Positions 45,337 to 55,445 of a DNA stretch of 64,000 nt are shown here, piece after piece. Positions within the stretch are counted from its first letter, which is position 1, and every line of letters begins with the position of its first letter. The notes beneath the pieces were generated by a model that saw only the letters and a list, made by a program, of their open reading frames with translations, was not told the DNA's origin and did not search any database. The DNA comes from Actinomycetota bacterium. GTDB lineage: Bacteria > Actinomycetota > UBA4738. The position numbers were made by a program, and so were the translations under genes. The stretch covers positions 6,700 to 70,699 of the forward strand of contig JBOGVA010000056.1 in the NCBI GenBank assembly GCA_050692195.1, in the 5' to 3' direction.

Positions 45337-47967
45337 TCAAGCGAACGGGTCGGCGTCCTCCAGGGCGTAGGCGACCGCTTGCTCCAGGGTCATGGCCTCT
45401 CCTTCGGCCCGGGCCCGGGCGATCTCCTCCTCCGAGAGCCCGTGTTCCGGCCGCTCGCGGAGCCCTCTTTCCTCCTCGACGAGCTCGGCGCCGGTCTCTG
45501 CCTTGAGGGCCTGAGCGGCAGCCGAAAGCCGGATAGCGCGCTCTGCGTTTCCGTTGGCAAGCGCCACATCGGCCAGCCCATCCACGTTGAACAGGATCCC
45601 GGTGAGGTCGCGGGCCTCCGCGAAGAGCCGGAGCGACTCTCGCCACGGCTCCTCCGCTTCCTTCCACCGTTCCAGGCGCGCCAGGGCGGCGCCTTTCATG
45701 AAGAGCGACCACCCCGTCAAGAAGTCTTCTTCCAGCTCCCGAGCCTCGGCCAGGCTCTGCGAGGTCCGCGCCACCGCTCGTTCGTAGTCATGTTGCCCGT
45801 ATGCCAGGTTGCCGAGTCCCCAGTGGGTGTTCGCGATGCCGGCACGGTCGCCGAGTTGCTCGTAGAGGGCCATGGCACGGTCGAGGAGCGCTTTCAGCTG
45901 GTCGAAGCTGTGGCTCCACTTCCCCGGGTCGAACGAGAAGGCGTAGTTGTACAGCTCGTCGGCAAGCAGCTTCCGGTCGCCCAACCCCTCCGCGATCTCG
46001 ACCGCCTCTCCATACCAGGCCATCGCTGCGGGGGGGTCCGACTGCCAGTACGCGATGCCTCCGGCCGCCTCGAGAGCCCGTGCTCGATCGGCTGGATGGT
46101 CGTGAGTGCCGGGCATCGCCAGGACCCGTTCGACCCACGCTCGCCCCTCCTGGAGGTGGCCGCGCATCTGCCAGAACCGCCACAGTGCGAAGGTCAACCG
46201 GAGCGCGATGGCCGCCTCACCGCCGGCGATGGCCCAATCGAGCGCCGCCCGCATGTTGTCGTGCTCGGGCTCCAGGCGGTCCAGCCAATACTTCCGCTCC
46301 CGCCGCATGTATGCCGGCGCCGCTCGCTGCGCCAAGCTCAGATAGGCGAGGGCGTGCCGGCGCCGGATGTCCACCTCTTCGCCACTCTCCCCGAGGCGCT
46401 CGATGGCGAATTCCCGGATCGTCTCGAGCATCCCGAATCTCGCCTCCGGGGCTCCACCCTCTTGGCGGACGATCAACAGGCTCTTCTCCGCAAGGGAGGA
46501 CAAACCCTCGAGCAGGTCTATGCCCAGCTCCTCCGGCGGACCGCACACCGCCTCGGCTTGCTCGAGCGCCCAGCCGCCCATGAACACGGCGAGGCGGGCG
46601 AACCCCCGCTGCTCCGACGGCTCCAGGAGGTCGTAGCTCCACGCGATGGCCGTCCGGAGCGTGCGCTGCCTGTCGGGGACGTCGCGTGGACCGCCCGAGA
46701 GAAGTGCCAGCCGGTCGCTCATCCGGGCGAGCATGGCGTCAGGCGTGAGCAGGCGGATCCGGGCCGCGGCCAGCTCGATCGCCAGGGGAAGCCCGTCGAG
46801 CCGCGCGCAGATCTCCGCTACGGCCGGAGCGTTCTCGTTCGTTACCTCGAAGTCCGGCTTCACCCCGCGAGCCCTGTCGATGAACAGGGCAACGGCCTCG
46901 TACTGGGGGAGCGCGGCAGGATCGGGGAGATGCCGGGGGTCGGGGAGCCGGAGGGGAGGAACGGGAAACTCGCGCTCGCCGTACACCCTGAGCACGGCGC
47001 GGCTGGTCACGACGATCCGGATCATCGGCGCCTCCCGGAGCAGCTCCGTAACCACGTCCGCGGCAGGGATGACTTGCTCGAAGTTGTCCAGAACGAGCAA
47101 CACCTCCCGCTTCCGGACGTGGTCGATGACCCGCTGCAGAGGACGACGACCGTCGCCCTGGACGTCCGACAGACCGAGCGCCTCCGCGATTCCGGTCGGC
47201 ACGAGCCCGGGATCGGTGATGGTGGCGAGGGGGACGAACCACGCCCCGCCGGGGAAGCGACCCCGCACGGACGAAGCGAGTTGGACCGACAGGCGAGTCT
47301 TTCCGGTCCCACCCGGCCCTGTCAGGGTGAGCAGGCGGGTGTCGGCGAGCAGGTGCCCCGCCTCCTCGAGCTCCCGCTCACGGCCGATGAAGCTGGTGAG
47401 CTCGGTGGGCAGGTTGCCCGCCTCGCCCTCGACGCCCCGCAGGGGCGGGAACTCCGCCGCCAAGCCTTCCACGTTGAGCTGGAAGATGTGCTCCGGCCGT
47501 CTCAGGTCCTTCAGACGGTGCTCACCGAGGTCACGGAGGGTGGTGCCGGGCGGCAGGCCACCCACTATGAGGGAGCGCGCGGCGCCCGAAAGAAGGATCT
47601 GGCCCCCGTGTCCCGCCGCGGCGATTCGGGCCACCCGGTGGACGTCGAGCCCCACGTAATCGCCGTCCCGGAGGAACCCCTCGCCGGTGTGGATCCCCAT
47701 GCGAACGCGAAGCTCACTCTCGGCCACCCGGCGCTGGATGTCGGCACCGGCCCGGACCGCAGCCGGGGCGGAGTCGAAGACCAGGAACAAGGCGTCTCCT
47801 TCGGTCCCGAACTCATGCCCGCCTTGCTGAGCCACGACCTCCCGAACGATTCGCCGGTGCCGATCCAGCACGTCGCCGTACGAGGACCCGAGTTCGTCGA
47901 CCAGCCGCGTCGACCCCTCGATGTCGGTGAACAGAAACGTGACCGTCCCAATGGGCAGCTCCGGCAT
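45337..47967 (-). CDS. class III adenylate/guanylate cyclase fused to a STAND/AAA NTPase and TPR-like repeats
   Basis: N-terminus VTFLFTDIEGSTRL...GDALFLVF...VRMGIHTGEG. Walker A LTGPGGTGKTRL. About 450 aa of helical-repeat C-terminus. 876 aa. Confidence 0.85.
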   Translation of the reverse strand: MPELPIGTVTFLFTDIEGSTRLVDELGSSYGDVLDRHRRIVREVVAQQGGHEFGTEGDALFLVFDSAPAAVRAGADIQRRVAESELRVRMGIHTGEGFLRDGDYVGLDVHRVARIAAAGHGGQILLSGAARSLIVGGLPPGTTLRDLGEHRLKDLRRPEHIFQLNVEGLAAEFPPLRGVEGEAGNLPTELTSFIGRERELEEAGHLLADTRLLTLTGPGGTGKTRLSVQLASSVRGRFPGGAWFVPLATITDPGLVPTGIAEALGLSDVQGDGRRPLQRVIDHVRKREVLLVLDNFEQVIPAADVVTELLREAPMIRIVVTSRAVLRVYGEREFPVPPLRLPDPRHLPDPAALPQYEAVALFIDRARGVKPDFEVTNENAPAVAEICARLDGLPLAIELAAARIRLLTPDAMLARMSDRLALLSGGPRDVPDRQRTLRTAIAWSYDLLEPSEQRGFARLAVFMGGWALEQAEAVCGPPEELGIDLLEGLSSLAEKSLLIVRQEGGAPEARFGMLETIREFAIERLGESGEEVDIRRRHALAYLSLAQRAAPAYMRRERKYWLDRLEPEHDNMRAALDWAIAGGEAAIALRLTFALWRFWQMRGHLQEGRAWVERVLAMPGTHDHPADRARALEAAGGIAYWQSDPPAAMAWYGEAVEIAEGLGDRKLLADELYNYAFSFDPGKWSHSFDQLKALLDRAMALYEQLGDRAGIANTHWGLGNLAYGQHDYERAVARTSQSLAEARELEEDFLTGWSLFMKGAALARLERWKEAEEPWRESLRLFAEARDLTGILFNVDGLADVALANGNAERAIRLSAAAQALKAETGAELVEEERGLRERPEHGLSEEEIARARAEGEAMTLEQAVAYALEDADPFA

Positions 47968-48017
47968 GTGGTCCTTACTGTACCGGCGAGGGAAAGCCCG
48001 CCACCAGATCTACTGGC

Positions 48018-48572
48018 TCAGGGACGAAGCGGCCTTGCGACGACGACCGTGAGACGCGCACCCAGGTGCATCAGCGTTCCCGCGGAAGGGACCTGGCTGA
48101 GAACGGTTCCTTCGCGTTGATCGGACTCGCGGCTGTTGATGATCAGCCGCCACCCGGCCTCGTGAGCCAGGGCCTCGACGTCTTCCTGAGTCGTTCCCCT
48201 GAGCTCTGGAATCGGTCGCTTGGCCCTGAGCTGTGCAATGAGACTGCTGATCTGGCCGGCCAACTCGGCGTTGTCCGCCTCCAAGCCCTCGACCTGCTGC
48301 TGGAGGAAGCCGGCCACAGCCTGCCACCCTCTCAGGTCCGATCGGACTCCTTCGAGCTCAGGCCGTAAGGAGCTGGCGTTGAAGGCGACCCCGCCGATGG
48401 CCAGACCGACGCCGAGAGCCACCAGGACCGCCCACGTGGGTCGACTGCCTCCGCGCACCCAGGCCGCCAGGCGACCCATTCGCCCTAGGCGCGTCTCGGG
48501 GGGGATCCAGGCGTACCGCGCAGCAGACGGTGTCTCTTTCATGGTTCTGATTCGACGCCGGCTGCTACCCAT
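48018..48572 (-). CDS. single-pass membrane protein with coiled coil and a C-terminal PASTA-like domain
   Basis: TM WAVLVALGVGLAIGGVAF. Heptad-like QQQVEGLEADNAELAGQISSLIAQL. PELRGTTQEDVEALAHEAGWRLIINSRESDQREGTVLSQVPSAGT resembles PASTA. Confidence 0.6.
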   Translation of the reverse strand: MGSSRRRIRTMKETPSAARYAWIPPETRLGRMGRLAAWVRGGSRPTWAVLVALGVGLAIGGVAFNASSLRPELEGVRSDLRGWQAVAGFLQQQVEGLEADNAELAGQISSLIAQLRAKRPIPELRGTTQEDVEALAHEAGWRLIINSRESDQREGTVLSQVPSAGTLMHLGARLTVVVARPLRP

Positions 48573-48684
48573 CGGTCGCGGCGAGGAAGGATCACGCCAC
48601 CCATCCCGTAGATAGTAGCCACTGGATCTGTTGTTCGAGGCTGCCGCCGGGCTTGCTTCCGATGGCCGGCAGGCGAACCAGGAA

Positions 48685-48711
48685 TTAGCACTCCTTGACC
48701 GAGAGTGCTAG
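48685..48711 (+). promoter_or_regulatory. CIRCE operator (HrcA binding site) upstream of groEL
   Basis: TTAGCACTC-cttgaccga-GAGTGCTAG, against the consensus TTAGCACTC-N9-GAGTGCTAA. Confidence 0.85.
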
Positions 48712-50391
<1,680 letters not shown>

Positions 50392-50417
50392 GTCCAGTTC
50401 ACCGGCACAAGCCCACT

Positions 50418-50451
50418 GAGGGAGCCCCAGCTGGGGCTCCCTCTCTCTTTT
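50418..50451 (+). terminator. rho-independent terminator after groEL
   Basis: GAGGGAGCCCCA-gc-TGGGGCTCCCTC followed by TCTCTTTT. Confidence 0.8.
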
Positions 50452-50475
50452 CGACCCAGCCGGCCGCGATGGCCT

Positions 50476-51363
50476 TCACAGCTCAGCGAACAGGTACCGG
50501 TGCCAGAGCGAGTCGGCTAGGCGGCGGGCGTCCCGCTTGATCCCGTGCCGCGCGAAGTACCCGCAGAGATGCTGCAGATCTCGCTCCAGCAGGACGTGCG
50601 CGTTGCGGTTGGTCCGTGCGTCAACCGCCTGGGGCAAATCGATGATCACCGGCCGCCCTTCCCACACCAGCACGTTGTACGGGGACAGGTCGCCATGGAC
50701 CAGGTGGAGGGCAAGCATGACCTCCACGTTCTCGATGAGGCGATCGAACATCTCCCGCGCCTGGTCGGGCTCCAGCCGCACATCCTTGAGCTGAGGCGCA
50801 GGAACGTATTCGTCGCCGATGTACTCCATCAGGATCCCCCAGGCGCCCAGGCGCGCCGGCCTCGGGACGTCGATCCCCGCGCCGTGGAGCAGCTCCAGGT
50901 GCTCATGCTCCCGTGCCATCCACATTGCCTGCTCGACCTGCCGGCCGAAGCCGGTCTTCTTCAGCACCGCCCGGCGGATCTGCCCGTTCAGGATGACCCG
51001 GCCGTGGGTGTACATCGAATCGTCCTGGAATCTTCGAACGGCCCGAGGCCGATAGGCCTTGAGCACCAACAGGTCGGGACCCTTGTCCGGATTCCCCCGG
51101 CAGAGGAACACGGACGCCTCCTTGCCGCTCTTCAGCTGCCGTACGATCCCGGTGATCAGCCCCTCGGCGAAGAACTCGTCGAACCAGGCCTCGCCGGCGG
51201 TGTCCTGGTCTTCGTCAATTGCTTCTTCGATGGCCGGCCGATGGGCTCCCGCTCGCCCGGTGCGGCCACGGCGACGGGCAGGCTTCGACCACGGCTCGTC
51301 GTCCAGCCAGTCCTCGTACAGATCGTCGTCGTACACGTCGTCCTCCACGGATGCCTTTGGCAA
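50476..51363 (-). CDS. RIO1-family atypical serine protein kinase
   Basis: SGKEASVFLC, W..REHEHLELLHGAGIDVP, ILMEYIG, LVHGDLSPYNVLV, IIDLPQAV and LERDLQHLCGYF are RIO motifs. The start is uncertain: the TTG at 51363 lies inside a terminator T-tract. Confidence 0.8.
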   Translation of the reverse strand: MPKASVEDDVYDDDLYEDWLDDEPWSKPARRRGRTGRAGAHRPAIEEAIDEDQDTAGEAWFDEFFAEGLITGIVRQLKSGKEASVFLCRGNPDKGPDLLVLKAYRPRAVRRFQDDSMYTHGRVILNGQIRRAVLKKTGFGRQVEQAMWMAREHEHLELLHGAGIDVPRPARLGAWGILMEYIGDEYVPAPQLKDVRLEPDQAREMFDRLIENVEVMLALHLVHGDLSPYNVLVWEGRPVIIDLPQAVDARTNRNAHVLLERDLQHLCGYFARHGIKRDARRLADSLWHRYLFAEL

Positions 51364-51370
51364 ACGAAAC

Positions 51371-51393
51371 GGCGCCGTCCCGCGGACGGCGCC
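51371..51393 (-). terminator. GC-rich hairpin plus T-tract on the minus strand, directly 5' of the RIO kinase ORF
   Basis: GGCGCCGTCC-gcg-GGACGGCGCC followed on the minus strand by GTTTCGTTTG. Confidence 0.4.
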
Positions 51394-51579
51394 GAGAGGA
51401 AGCGACGCGGAGGTCGACTAGGTGGCGGCCACCGAGGGACGAATGCTGCAGACTTCCACCAGTTCAAAGGTCATGCGCTCATCCCTCCCTTCGATGTCCG
51501 CGGTCAAGTGAAGCTCGCGACAGTATAGCCAGCACGGGTCGATTTGCTAGGGTCGATCCGGACAGGAGGAGGGAACTGG

Positions 51580-52041
51580 ATGGAATATGAGTTCGAGATC
51601 AAACAGATCGAGGAGCAGCGCGTGGTGGCCATTCGAGCCGAGACGAAGCCCGAGAGCCTCGGTTCGCTGATGGGGGAGCTGTTCCCCCAGGTGAACGCCT
51701 ACCTCGAGGAGATCGGCGTCCAGCTGGCCGGCCCCGGCTTCGCCCGGTACTTCGAGTACCGCCCCGACTTCGTCGACATGCAGGCAGGCTTGCCTGTCTC
51801 CCTGCCCGTGACCGGTCGTGACCGCATCAAACCGGACGAGCTCCCCGGCGGCCAGGTGGCCGTGACCTGGCACGTCGGTCCCTACGACACCATCTCGCAG
51901 GCCCTCAACGCACTGCACGAGTGGATCCACGAGTCGGGAAGGGAAGAGGGCAGCGCTCCATGGGAGGTCTACTGGACGCGTCCCCAGGTGGAACCATACC
52001 CTTCCAAGTGGAGAACGGAGATCTGCTGGCCGGTTAAGTAA
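51580..52041 (+). CDS. GyrI-like small-molecule-binding domain protein
   Basis: The ATG at 51580 is preceded by AGGAGGAGG. MEYEFEIKQIEEQRVVAIRAETKPE...GGQVAVTWHVGPYD has the GyrI-like/SOUL-type layout. Confidence 0.75.
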   Translation: MEYEFEIKQIEEQRVVAIRAETKPESLGSLMGELFPQVNAYLEEIGVQLAGPGFARYFEYRPDFVDMQAGLPVSLPVTGRDRIKPDELPGGQVAVTWHVGPYDTISQALNALHEWIHESGREEGSAPWEVYWTRPQVEPYPSKWRTEICWPVK

Positions 52042-52057
52042 GCCTCAGGCAGTCGGA

Positions 52058-53170
52058 CTAGGCGCCGGGACGGCCGGCACCCACGTACACGCCCCACCAG
52101 TAGTCCGTGATGACGTCCACCCCCACCTCTTTGCCCTGGCCGCGAGCGTGGATCATCTTGTTCCCGCCGACGTACATGGACACGTGGTGGATGGGCCGGT
52201 AGAAGAACAACAGGTCGCCGGGCCTCAAGTTGCCGCGGGACACGCGCGGCGTCGCCGCGTACTGCGCCGCCGAGGAATGAGGGAGGTTAACCCCTCCGTG
52301 GCGCCATGCCCACATCGTGAGCCCCGAGCAGTCGAAGCCTTCCTCAGGGTCGTCGCCGCCCCACCTGTACTTGACCCCGATCACCGAGTACGCGGCGGAC
52401 ACCGCGGCGGCGGCCCCCGGTCCGGGTCGGGGGTCGGGGTCGGGCTTCGGTTTCGGTTCCGGCTGCGGCTTGGGCGCTGGATCGTCCGACCCGCCGCCTG
52501 GGGGAGTGTCCGATCTGCTCGACGATTCTCTCCGAGCCTCGGCCCGGGCTCGAGCGGCTCGCTCCGCCCTGGCCAGCTCCTCCTCGAGCTGATCGACCAG
52601 CCTTTCCTGCTCGGCGATGCCCATCTCGATGGAGGTTTTGCGCTCGTCGAGGGTTCGCAGCAGCGAGGTCCGCTCACGGGCCACCTGGGCGAATCGCAGC
52701 GCGGCTCGGCGGGCATCTTGCCTCCTGACTTCCGCCTGGGCGATCGCGTCGGCGTCCTGCTCCGCGACCCGATTCAGGAACTCCAGCCTGTAGGTGAACT
52801 CGCTCAGTGATCCCGAGCCGAGCAGAGCGTCGAACTCCGAGCCGGCGCTCCGATAGGCCTGAGCGGCCCGCGCCGACAGGTAGACCCTGGCCCGCTCGGC
52901 CTCAGCCCGTGCGCGCGAGGCTTCACGGTGGGAGGCCCGCAACCTCTCCTCCGTCCGGTCCAGCGCCAGCCTGGTCTGGTTGTACCGCTCCACCAGGAGA
53001 GACACCTCTTCGTTCAGGGAATCGAGGCGGGCCTTGGCCGACCGCAGGTCCTCGGCCGAAGGAGCGGCCGAGGAAAGGGGGGTAGATCCGACCGAGAGCG
53101 AGATCATGAGCATCACCGCTCCGACCAGCCGCACCGTGGATCGGCGAGCTCTTCCGTGTGTGCTCGGCAT
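52058..53170 (-). CDS. secreted NlpC/P60 (C40) peptidoglycan endopeptidase with a long N-terminal coiled coil (RipA-like)
   Basis: Signal peptide, ~180 aa coiled coil, Pro-rich linker (PKPQPEPKPKPDPDPRP), GFDCSGLTMWAWR catalytic Cys and HHVSMYVGGNKMIHA. Confidence 0.85.
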   Translation of the reverse strand: MPSTHGRARRSTVRLVGAVMLMISLSVGSTPLSSAAPSAEDLRSAKARLDSLNEEVSLLVERYNQTRLALDRTEERLRASHREASRARAEAERARVYLSARAAQAYRSAGSEFDALLGSGSLSEFTYRLEFLNRVAEQDADAIAQAEVRRQDARRAALRFAQVARERTSLLRTLDERKTSIEMGIAEQERLVDQLEEELARAERAARARAEARRESSSRSDTPPGGGSDDPAPKPQPEPKPKPDPDPRPGPGAAAAVSAAYSVIGVKYRWGGDDPEEGFDCSGLTMWAWRHGGVNLPHSSAAQYAATPRVSRGNLRPGDLLFFYRPIHHVSMYVGGNKMIHARGQGKEVGVDVITDYWWGVYVGAGRPGA

Positions 53171-53179
53171 GACAGCTCC

Positions 53180-53698
53180 TTAACGGGGACGGCCGGCGCC
53201 CACGTACACGCTCCACCAGTAGGAGGTGATCCTGTCCACGCGGACCACGCTCCCGGAACGGCGAGCGTGGATCATCTTGTTGCCCCCCACGTACATGGCG
53301 ACGTGCGAGATCGGCCGGTAGAAGAAGAGCAGATCACCGGGCCGCAGATTGGCGCGGGACACGCGCCGCGTGGCCGTGTACTGGGCGGCCGATGAATGGG
53401 GGAGATCGACCCCTCCATGCCGCCATGACCACATGGTCAGGCCGGAGCAGTCGAACCCCTCCTTCGGATGGTCGCCCCCCCACTTGTACTTGACGCCGAT
53501 CGCCGAATATGCGGCGGCCACGGCGGCCTTGGCTCCACGCCTCGGTCGAGGTTCGGACCTTTCCGGGTAGGGATACCGGTCGGGCGGAGAATATGCGAGA
53601 GAGGCGGGAGCCGAGGCGACGAACATGCCGATCACGAGCAACGCGGCCCCGATCAGCCGCGCCGTCGACCTGCGGGCGCTCCTTTGCAATCTCTGCAT
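53180..53698 (-). CDS. secreted NlpC/P60 (C40) peptidase (RipB-like)
   Basis: The internal ATG at 53698 gives signal peptide MQRLQRSARRSTARLIGAALLVIGMFVASAPASLA. The C40 core is nearly identical in motif order to the upstream paralogue (GFDCSGLTMWSWR, SHVAMYVGGNKMIHA). Confidence 0.85.
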   Translation of the reverse strand: MQRLQRSARRSTARLIGAALLVIGMFVASAPASLAYSPPDRYPYPERSEPRPRRGAKAAVAAAYSAIGVKYKWGGDHPKEGFDCSGLTMWSWRHGGVDLPHSSAAQYTATRRVSRANLRPGDLLFFYRPISHVAMYVGGNKMIHARRSGSVVRVDRITSYWWSVYVGAGRPR

Positions 53699-53773
53699 AA
53701 CAAATGGGCTGCGGTAGCAGCCCGCAGGAAGGCTATTCGGGGAGGAGGAACCTGTCAAACTCCTGAGACGGCC

Positions 53774-54142
53774 ATGGCGAAGAAACGGATCCTGTTCATC
53801 GACAACCGTCCGGAGCATCTTCGGCAGCCTGTGCTGCGGCTCCAGCTCGCCGGCTACGAGGTCGACGAGGCGGCCAGCGGAGCATCGGGCCTGGCGGCGC
53901 TACTGTCCAAGCGGTACGACCTCCTGATCCTGGACGCTCAGCTACCGGACGAGGACGGATGGGACGTGCTCAAGAAGGTGCGGGGGAGCCCCAAGCTGTC
54001 GGATCTGAAGGTGATCGTGTTCATGGCCGGATCCGGGGAGACGGGCAAGCTCGTCCTGGTACCCGTCGATGCGGAGCTGCGGCGTCCGTTCAGTCTCGGG
54101 GCGATGCTGGAGGCCGTGCACAAGGTGATCGGGAAGCCGTAG
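53774..54142 (+). CDS. stand-alone CheY-like receiver domain protein
   Basis: MAKKRILFIDN...YDLLILDAQLPDEDGW..KVIVF has the REC fold acidic pocket and phospho-acceptor Asp. No output domain. Confidence 0.8.
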   Translation: MAKKRILFIDNRPEHLRQPVLRLQLAGYEVDEAASGASGLAALLSKRYDLLILDAQLPDEDGWDVLKKVRGSPKLSDLKVIVFMAGSGETGKLVLVPVDAELRRPFSLGAMLEAVHKVIGKP

Positions 54143-54144
54143 GC

Positions 54145-55383
54145 TCACGGGGCGATCGCGTACTCGCCGGCGGTGGCGCCGCTGGATGTGACGTCGGCCC
54201 CGGGCGCGTACTGCTCGGGACCGGAGTTCTTGTTGGTCAGTCGGCGTCCCCATACGAAGTGCTCCCGATACCAGCCGTCTCCGACCCACTGGAGCTGCGG
54301 TCCGCCGCCGGTGGAGTGCACCATCCAGTTGTTGCCGAGATAGATCCCCATGTGGCTGACGTCTTCCCATCTGTCGCCTCCGTTGGAGGCGAAGAACATG
54401 AGATTCCCGATGTCGAGCTCTTCGTACGAGCGCTGATAGTTCGTGGCTTTGGCCATGTAGCGGCTGACTCTCTCCCGGAGGGACCACCCCGGATAGTTCC
54501 GGAACTGGGCGCTGTCGTAGCCGCTCTCGCTCCTCTTCAACACCCACCAGGCGAAGCCCGAGCAGTCGAATCCGCCCTGAGGCTGGAACCCGCAGCAATA
54601 GCCGGGTGGCGACTTCCGGTGCCACTCGCCGGCGAAGATGTACGGGTATCCCACCTGGTTCAGTGAGTACTGCGTCAGTCGTCGCTTGTACCTGTGCACG
54701 TTCGCAGGAAGGGTCACGTCGTTGAAGATGCTGGCGGCCTCGAGCCGATGTGATGGCATGGTCGTCGCCTTCCACAGGGAGTAGGCCACCTCGTCGCGGG
54801 CAATCCGGGTGTCCCGCTGGAGGTCCTGGCGCTCGTCGTCGTGGTCGTAGTGGAGGTCGAGCCAGCGAGCGAGCTGCATGTGCGGGAATCGCCGGTCCAC
54901 CACGTAGGGGGTGCCATCTTCCTGGCGGATGTTGGCCAGTCCCGCGACCGGATCGGCCAGCCCCAGGGCCAGGACGATGGCCTGATCGAAGGAGTCGACT
55001 CGCACCGGGCGCCCGCCGTTCCAGTTGCCGTTCTGATAGGTGTTCATCCACCCGAGCTTCACGGCTACGTTCGCGAAAGGGTAGAACGGGTCGTCGGCGG
55101 GGAGGTCGGGAAACGTGATCGAAGGATCGGCCGGCTCGGTCGGCGCGTACACGGTCACCAAGGTCCGGGCCAGGAAGCTCCGGGTCTCCCTGGCGTCCGG
55201 CCGGAACGAGTCCGGGCCATAGTCCTGCATCCAGGTGTTCTCAGATGCGACGTACTGGATGGCTTCATAAGCCCAGTGGCCGCGGGGGACATCGCTGAAG
55301 GCAAATGCTTGCTGTGCTGGCAAGAACAGAAGGGCGGCCACAAGCGAAAGGGGAAGCAAGATGCGTGGAGGGAGCGGCCGCAT
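54145..55383 (-). CDS. secreted SLH-like repeat plus NlpC/P60 (C40) domain protein
   Basis: Signal peptide after ATG 55383. FSDVPRGHWAYEAIQYV and a second degenerate SLH-like repeat. C-terminal GFDCSGFAWWVLK and SHMGIYLGNNWMVHS. Confidence 0.8.
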   Translation of the reverse strand: MRPLPPRILLPLSLVAALLFLPAQQAFAFSDVPRGHWAYEAIQYVASENTWMQDYGPDSFRPDARETRSFLARTLVTVYAPTEPADPSITFPDLPADDPFYPFANVAVKLGWMNTYQNGNWNGGRPVRVDSFDQAIVLALGLADPVAGLANIRQEDGTPYVVDRRFPHMQLARWLDLHYDHDDERQDLQRDTRIARDEVAYSLWKATTMPSHRLEAASIFNDVTLPANVHRYKRRLTQYSLNQVGYPYIFAGEWHRKSPPGYCCGFQPQGGFDCSGFAWWVLKRSESGYDSAQFRNYPGWSLRERVSRYMAKATNYQRSYEELDIGNLMFFASNGGDRWEDVSHMGIYLGNNWMVHSTGGGPQLQWVGDGWYREHFVWGRRLTNKNSGPEQYAPGADVTSSGATAGEYAIAP

Positions 55384-55445
55384 GACTCTTCTATCGTCGC
55401 GGTGCCCGGGGCCCTTGAGCACTGCGACACTTTACACTCGGGCTC

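Noticed and set aside
53699-53773. A ydaO/c-di-AMP-type riboswitch upstream of the NlpC/P60 genes, as is common for actinobacterial cell-wall hydrolases.
   Set aside because: The upstream non-coding regions are only 75, 9 and ~60 nt long. That is too short for the ~120-150-nt riboswitch, and no conserved motif was seen.
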